The notes beneath the pieces are model-generated. The model worked only from the letters and a program-made list of their open reading frames with translations. It searched no databases and had not been told where the DNA came from. DNA of 59,008 bases, the filler included, from Streblomastix strix (lineage: Eukaryota), in NCBI GenBank assembly GCA_008636045.1. It is 3 parts of 3 records of this genome, joined end to end, with 100 filler letters (N's around TTAATTAATTAA, not from the genome) between each part and the next. Parts side by side here need not be neighbours in the genome. Positions count along the whole stretch, not along the records: positions 39,424 to 59,008 come from SNRW01000504.1; 2 more parts are not named here. One strand, 5' to 3'. Shown in pieces: positions 51,079-59,008 of the stretch. Position numbers and translations under genes: made by a program. Numbering within the stretch: position 1 is the stretch's first letter; every line of letters begins with the position of its first letter.

Positions 51079-52079
51079 CATCAACATATTCAACGTTTTC
51101 ATCAACCAACTCCATCAACCTTTGCATGAAATCTTGTGAAAAAGGTGAGTGCCATACATTATAAGAATATCAATCTATAACGTACATCATTAATCTACTT
51201 CAATATCCCAGTATTCAATCATGTTTTATTATAATTGTACATCATTAATCTTATCCAAAGTGATTATTTTTATTTTATATTTTTTTTATATTATTTCTTT
51301 TCATTATTTTATTTTCATTAATTTAATTTATTTTTCAATGTGGGGCATTCACCTTTTTCACATAACTACTAACATCAATCTTTAAATATAAATAAATAAT
51401 CTAGAATAATAAAATAATTTAAAAATATATTATGATTTAATAAATTTAACATATATACACAAGGTATATCATATGAGACATAATCATTTATTTATGATTA
51501 TTAAAATTTATTTTTTTACTTTCCAGGTATCATCGAGAGCGTTTATCGATGTTATTCTTCAGCAAATCTCACAAAGGCCATGATTCAGGATATTTATTAT
51601 ATTTGTTCATCAAATTCAAACACTTTCTTATCATCTTAGCTAGTTCAAAGCTAGTACAATCAGTTCTAGGGATATAGAAACAACAAATTTTTATCACGAG
51701 AAATATTATTTAACACAATGTTCAATAAAATAAATGAATGTTAATATTTATACAACTATTTTTTATAATTACAATTACTTATTGAATAAATAGTTTTTTA
51801 TATGTGAATTGACTATCAAAATTGTGCTATATATAAATTGAACACGTATTTCTTTCACACTGTGTATCAGTTGTTTTTCATCAAATTTAATATTTTTTCT
51901 TAATAAGTTGATTTATCAATACGAATATGTACTCTTTCATATATCTATAATGACTAATTAATTGGTCGAAAATTGAAAAGTATTCTGATTTTTGATTTAC
52001 TTTTGATCAGAATGAATTGATCTCTCATATGTGATTTTAATCATTCAATGGTTCAAAAAAGTATGAAATTAACGAAATT

Positions 52080-53834
52080 TTTACTGTTGTTTGCAATTTT
52101 ATAAAAATTTTCTAATTCATTATTATATACAGATCTACATATAAGATATAATTGATGGAGTGCGTAAATGAGCTACTATAAACATTGATGAAATAGCTGT
52201 ATTTGCGGACGGGAATGCAAAAGTAGCAAAAAGAAGGGATAAAAACGAGCAGTAGCAGTAGAAAATGATGTTGATCCAGGGCACATCACATTATCATTAT
52301 CCATTGCTAGAGGAAACAAATAGTCACCTTTGTTCTTCATAATTAAGGATTTAACTTACTTGCCTTTACGAGAATAGGAAAAGGCAGAAGCTGAAGAATT
52401 CTTTGTATTTGATTTAAAGCGAGGTTTCATGACAAATTTATTATTCATAGATTTGTATATTATCCAAATAAATTGGGTTTTTGAATAAAAGCTAATAGTA
52501 TATTATGCATAAAATGAAAATTTAATTCTTTTCTTTGACAGTCATTCAAGTAGGAGCGATAGAGAGGCCAGAAAATTACTTAAAAAGGAAGATATTTTTC
52601 CATTAATGTATACTGGGGTACAAACATCTCATATGCAACTTCTTTACAAAGTGATTAGCGGGCCATTTCGAACAAACTATAGAAATATATTAGGAACTGT
52701 AAGAAGCAAGTTTCTGAAGAAGAAATAAGAAAATTTAAATGAGGAAGATGTGAGACTATGCAAGGAAGATAAAAGGGAAATAATTATCTAGTCATCAATT
52801 TAGGCTGTGCGATAAACTGTTATCTATGACAATAGAATATCATCTTATTTCGAAACTGGTTTATATCCTAGAGATTAAAACGTGGTTCTTAACAACGAAA
52901 ATGTTATATAAGATCAAGAATGTCCGAGATATAAGAACGGAAGATCAAGTCTTAAGTCACCTAAATGTTCAAGAATTTTCACTGATTATAGAAATTCTGA
53001 TCTATATAAGCTTTCAGATCCTGACTATTTACCTGAAAAAGACCTATTCATTTACTATAGCGACTACGAGGAGTCCGATGATGGCTTAGAATATGATTCA
53101 GACTGTTATGAACCAAATTAGAAGAGTGTGAAATTAAATAAAAACAAATCAAAGATGGAAATAAGCGAATTTTCAGTGTAAGAACTAAGCGCAACATATT
53201 CTGATGAGACAAATCACATAGAACAAACAGATCAATCAGATTCAGAATCGAATTTGTTTGAAGAATCAAGCAACATCAGAAACAAAAAATCTACTAAGGA
53301 AAAAAAGAAAAGAAAAAAATTACTTCGGATTTCCAGTTAATTACCTAGATCGCTGAAGAAATCAATTAGTCAATAATAAACAACTTAATAGGAGGCGAAT
53401 GTTACTTCAGAGCACTTTCTGTAGGACTTTATAATACAGAGTATGAACATATAAATATAAGATAACTTGCATGTGACTATTTGTAAAACCCTGCTATTGA
53501 TGATAATATTCGAGTTCAATTTGTGACATATGCAGATGCTAAATTGCAAAATAACAAAAAAGATGGAAATTTCAATCCAATTCCATGGCAACAGAGAGAA
53601 AGAGAAGAAACAATTGATTAATATATCATATGTATGCGTAACGTACTTCAGTGGGCTGATGGTCCAGTTCTTGAAGCAGCCGCAAGAGTAATTGGCAGAA
53701 AAGTAACAATTTTTTTACCAAATAGGCAATCATACACTCTTATCAATCCAACTCTTCTCGCTCCGAGGCTTAATATTACTCTTTCATTCATCAATAACAA
53801 CTTTTATGTTACATTTGTTAACAATTAATAGTGA
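52080..53834 (+). pseudogene. pogo/DDE_1-type transposase with an acidic linker and a C-terminal OTU cysteine-protease domain, frameshifted
   Basis: INIDE, GHITLSLSI...SPLFFII, KRGFMT, LILFFDSHSSR, TSHMQ.. (DDE_1). Then GGECYFRALSVGLYNTEYEHINIRQLACDYL...YIICMRNVLQWADGPVLEAAARVIGRKVTIF...LSFINNNFYV (OTU). The 5' boundary is approximate. Confidence 0.8.
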
Positions 53835-55195
53835 ATTTGACTCAAAAAATTTGATTGGAAAAATATTATGGAAATTTATTAAAAATATTGGAAAAATATC
53901 ACCCTGATATATTTTAAAAATTTTAATATTTTGTTTTATTTTTACTAGAATGTAAGTTAATGTACGTGAATACCGGTATGAATTGTGGCAAGAAAGATTT
54001 TAGAACGGAAAATTGCATTTATTAAGAATAAACATGAGTGCTATGGAAAAAACAAATTTTTTTTAAATATTTAGCATATTTTCTCTATATATTTCTGACC
54101 CAATACAAGAAATATTGTCTGATGGGTCGAAACATAAACCGAAAGAAAAAGCGATTTCGAGACTAGTAGCGATTTATTAAAGAAAAATTTTGCATGCATG
54201 TATTTAAAAAACATGTAATAAGATAAATGCATACATTTTACTAATAATTATTAATTTTTTACCACACAAATAAACATTTTATTAGATGAAAAGTGTTAAT
54301 GTCCAATTTAACGTTAAGCACCAATTCACTTAACTGTAATTTTATTATTTTAAATATTTTTTATTTAAAAAGTGATAGGTTGTTTGAGAATGGAAACACC
54401 CATATTTTTAAGAATATTTTCGTAATCTTCACTGTAATTAACAATTTTCAAATTAATAATCATAATCCGATTCTCTTTTCTTTCACTTTTTTTTCTTCGT
54501 TTTTTTTTCTTTTTTTAATAGGTCGATTTTATTTTATGATGTCTTTTAATTTATGCACTTCGTTCCACGATGATTGAATACTCTTTTTTGAAGTGTCAGT
54601 GTTATTTAATAAATTGATATCTTCCTCATTGTTTTTGTAATAATTTGAATTAATTTTTCAATCAATTTTGACTATTTTATTGATGTTTAAAAGTCATCAT
54701 CATATATTTCACAGACAAAATCTTTAGTTTGGCTGTCTTTTTCCATAGATTTCTTCGGCTATTTTTTCTATTTGAATTACTTTCTTCTATACAGTTCCGA
54801 ATCTCTCTAATATATCTGTTTTTCAACTTCATTATCGGAAATAGGAATTGTTTGTGTAGTTTTATTCAAAAATATATGTTCTCTATGCAATCCATCAATG
54901 CATGTAAACAATTTGAAGAACTATGTGACTCCTGGTTTATTATCTAAAAGAAATTTAAAGAAAAAAATTTTAAAATTAATATTAAAATGAAAAATTTCCA
55001 AAATTTATATTTATTTCTCTATGAAAGGTGTATCTTCATAACATGGAGAAAATCAAAAATTTATAATAATATATATAGAAAAAGACAAAGAAAAACATAT
55101 ATTTTCCTTTTTGGTTTAACAAGACGTGTATGAATAGAATAACAAGAATGAAATTAAGATTTTAATATGCAAAATGAGAATTCCTTCACTTTTTA

Positions 55196-56154
55196 CCGCT
55201 TAATGTCGAAATTTTTATGTTTCACTAAATTTTTTGCGAATATATCGCTTAAATGTTGCCTTAGTCTTTGATCTTATTAAATCTTACGAATCATCATCTA
55301 TAATCATTAACAGATTTTTCGATCATACACGGAACCCGAACCACTGTACTCATATTTTTCGGTGAATTGCCAGCCAATTTTTGGAAATAATCATCTTTAT
55401 ATTACAATATTGATTTTAATTCTGTCATATGATCCTATAGCTTTGCAACTTGACCACGTGACAATTGTTCTTCAAGGTTTTTTTTCATTTCAATTGATTT
55501 TTATTTAATTTTACAAAATATACAATTCAGATAAACAGGGCATGATAATATATTTTGAAGGTATTTGCTTTAAATATTTTTTTAATAATATATAATAATA
55601 TTGCTCTTTGATGTTTTCGTTTGAAAACGTCCAATTATCTAAAATTAAGTAATAAATTTATTAGAATAATTAATGAAATTCAGATTTCAAATAAATTCAC
55701 TTTCAATAATCAATAAAAAATCCAATTAAAATAATGTTTTCGCTAAAAATTTTTAAAGAATTTAATAATAAATGTATAATAAATGTAATTGGATTAATTC
55801 AATGGAAATTAGTAAGTAATGAATAATGTAATATAAAATTCGAAATTTGATAATTAAATGAAAGAAAAAATGGATGATAAATTCACAATGAATAATTTAT
55901 GTAGTAAATACTAATGAAATTTCAATAAATTTCATTTAAAATGTTAGCGCAACAAAAGAAATAAGTTTTAAAAGATAATTAGTAGCTAAAATAGAGAATG
56001 CGCCCAGGGGCATTATTTTATTAGAATCAATATTCCTAAAAAAATTATTATAAACAATTCATCTTTCATTAGTAATTATATTTTCAAAAATTTAACTTAA
56101 ATTTTTTTTATATGTAGAAATTTAGTGAAACATAAAAATTTCGACATTAAGCAG
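55196..56154. mobile_element. Non-autonomous TA-flanked TIR element (MITE-like), 959 bp
   Basis: 37-bp TIRs C(C/T)GCTTAATGTCGAAATTTTTATGTTTCACTAAATTT (55196-55232 and 56118-56154, 1 mismatch), flanked by TA. Confidence 0.85.
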
Positions 56155-59008
56155 TAAAAAATGTAGGATGTTTGTTAATAACTTCAACATTTTTATTATT
56201 TTTAATTTTTTCTTTATTAATTTTCAGCAAAAATGATGCAAACGGATTATAGGCTAAATGTACTTAAAAAATAAATGTATTATATATATGGATATAGAGT
56301 TTGGAACCACTTTTGGAGCTAATGCGGGCCAAACCGTGATACAATACAGCATCAAATGGCAGTAATCTTGGTCAAAAAGCTGAAAGTATGGTAAATACAA
56401 GTCATAAATTGCATGAACTATGTATGATTCTTATTTTAACTAAATTAAAATAAATATAAAATAAAAATGATAAAATTTAAACAATGAATTTAATTTTATT
56501 ATTAAGATTTATATATTAACAGACAGACTTTGTAATACTACGCAATAGAACATTTGTGGACAAGAACAAAAATATGACAGAGTCGTGCGTCGCTGTTGGC
56601 AATATGTAGGTTAGGGACATTATACAATCAGCTTTGGATGGAGAAGATTAGGACTATCTTTAAGATTATTTGATTTTAGAAGTTAATTCATTTTATAGTG
56701 TTGCAAGGAAACAAAACATAAATCAAAGGATTATGATTTCGGAGTATATCCTGCATTCACAGAATGATTCGACATAAGAACTGATTCAATAAATTAATAA
56801 AACTCATTGAATTGAATTGAATTGATGATCGAAATTATTAGAATATCTTTCGAACTTTAATCACCATCATGAAAACAATTATTCGTATAATAAAACAATT
56901 GGTTGCTTGTTCAGATTTGAATTTTAAAATTAATATAAAAAAATCGGTTATATAAATATTTACTTATAAAATAAAACCAATTAATAAAACAAAATTTACA
57001 TAAAATAGTAAATTTGCATTTGTGTAAAAAAATTTATATTATACAATTGAATTGATTTTTTTTATTTGATTATTTGAATAATTTTTTTTAAAAATTATTA
57101 TTTAATAAATTAATTCTTTAAATTGAATTTAAATAATATATATTTTATGATAAAATCCGTATGTTCATTAATTTAATATTGAAATTACTTCTTTATTTGT
57201 AAACCTTCAAAAATTTTAAAAATTTTGTTTAAAATTTTTTAGTAAATTATTCTGTATTTTATAGAAATTAATTAAATTTTTTTAAAGAAATTTTTCACTA
57301 TAATACTAAATCGAAAGTTTTATAAAATAACTAAGTTAATACAGCCAAGATGAATTTCGGATATATGTGTTATAATTGCCTTTCTTGACCAAAATTAATA
57401 TTTGATATTTCCTTTTAAAAAATCTACTCTAATGTTACATAAATTAAAGATTCAAAAACCAAAATAAATAGATTTAAACAATAATTAAAAATAAGGAATT
57501 TCTTCTAAGCACGACATAAATAATGAAAAAATGAATTTTTTTTAAAAAAATAAGATAGTAAAACATACGAGCAACTTCCTAGTGCAAACAGGGAAAGCCT
57601 GCGTAATCATAATAGTTGATAGCCGTAATACGTTCGTCAGAGCTCCTTGAAGTGTGACGGCTGTAAATCTCTATTAATCAAGAAATTCTTTTGCAGTTTC
57701 ATCATTTCTGGACTTGTGCCTATAATGTTAAAGCAACGTTATCTCGTTTTAAGTAAGATATTCCATTTGTTTATATTTTCATATCTATGCGCAAAATTCT
57801 CTGATCCTTTGCAAAGTAATAGGTTCACGTTATTCTATTCTTTAACGCAAAGAAATTGTATTTATTTTTATTAATTAATTTCAGGTATATATATGGAGTT
57901 TTATCTGGAAACTTTTCCTCATTTTCCATTAATCTCAATGTCAATTCGTCCCACACTTGAAATATGTCATTTTCAGCCAAAATTTTTCTCTGCTATCTAC
58001 AGAAATATATGAATTTAGTAATAATATATATTGTATCAAACATAAGTGATTAGATATTTAGACGATAATTATATATATATGAGTTAAACTGTACAGAACA
58101 TTATTCGTTACATTAGAAGCAATAGAAAATAGAAGATGAAGAAGTAATAAGTATATTTTCATTATTTTGATATAGATTTATAAATTAAATCCCAAATATA
58201 TATTTAGAACAAAAAGAAATAGAAGATGAAGATCAAAAATGAACATTAGAGAATCACGCATTAGACATCTAAGCAGCATAAGAGAGAGAAGAAGGTATTG
58301 TAGAGATGAAGAATTTGAACAGTTAAAACAACAGATCTAGAGTTGATGATGTTATTACATACAATGAATAGAGAAATGAAAAAAGAAAAAGTAGAAATAA
58401 ATAAAAAATTAGGAAGATAGATTAATATAAGTTGAAGAGGAAGATAATTCACTTCTACTTGTAAGAAGATTAGTCGATTCATTAAGATAAGAAATAATGA
58501 AAGAATAAGGAATTAATCAGAACGGAGCTGAAGAGGATTAGAAAAATGAAAATAAACTGAAAAATGCTAAGATTTAACTTGCTTACTTGCATAATTTGTA
58601 TGGAGGTGAAGAAATTGATAAAATGTAAAGAATTTTAAATGTTGCTTTTAGATAACAAATTTTTGTTAATAAAATGGTTTATTATTTCTCTAAATTGACT
58701 ATTTATATTAATTTTTAAACAATTTAGATATTTTACGATAATTTTCATGGGTTATTATCGTATTATCTGATAAAAATTTTGTTGTACATGGCTTTCGCTA
58801 AGTAAAGGAATAATTTATTCATAGATTATTTTAAACTATTTTATTATGGAAATTAAATCCAAATTTAACACTAAACTACTTTTTCAATATATTTGAAACC
58901 GAAAAATCTTAATTTTTTTGTAAATTTTGCTTTTTGACGTCATTTGTTCATTATTTTCTTTTAACAACAATATAACCAGATGCAATATTTTTATTATGTT
59001 TTTTTAAC

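Noticed and set aside
56280..58600. Coding-like fragments near the window end
   Set aside because: No consistent frame or recognisable motif, so they cannot be called.

Overview
AT-rich eukaryotic (protist) nuclear DNA made of three unrelated contigs (1-19612, 19713-39323, 39424-59008) joined by artificial 100-bp N/TTAATTAATTAA linkers. The supplied ORF track is largely misleading, because genes use TAA/TAG as Gln and contain short AT-rich spliceosomal introns. The code and gene families suggest an oxymonad such as Streblomastix, which is an inference only. Contigs 1-2 carry host genes: EEF1AKMT1-like, F-BAR/2xSH3, HAUS8/QWRF-like, PRA1, PEMT/ICMT-like, XRCC3, DDX11/Chl1, a CH-domain fragment, DNAJC2/zuotin, and a giant RING-IBR + USP deubiquitinase. 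The end of contig 2 and all of contig 3 are mobile or virus-like: three degenerate prim-pol + SF3 (D5-like) helicase genes (one in direct repeats, one in inverted repeats), a tandem-repeat fibre-like gene, two TA-flanked MITEs, and a pogo/DDE_1 transposase with a C-terminal OTU domain. The strongest signal is that the only remaining stop codon, TGA, occurs in-frame four times in three otherwise intact conserved genes (XRCC3, DDX11 twice, USP). Three of these sit at positions where homologues have Arg, while TGA also ends genes. This points to a possible code with UAR=Gln and UGA=Arg/stop, or to U-to-C editing. C-to-T artefact or decay is the alternative still to be excluded. All protein assignments were made by hand translation and recalled family motifs, and no searches were run.
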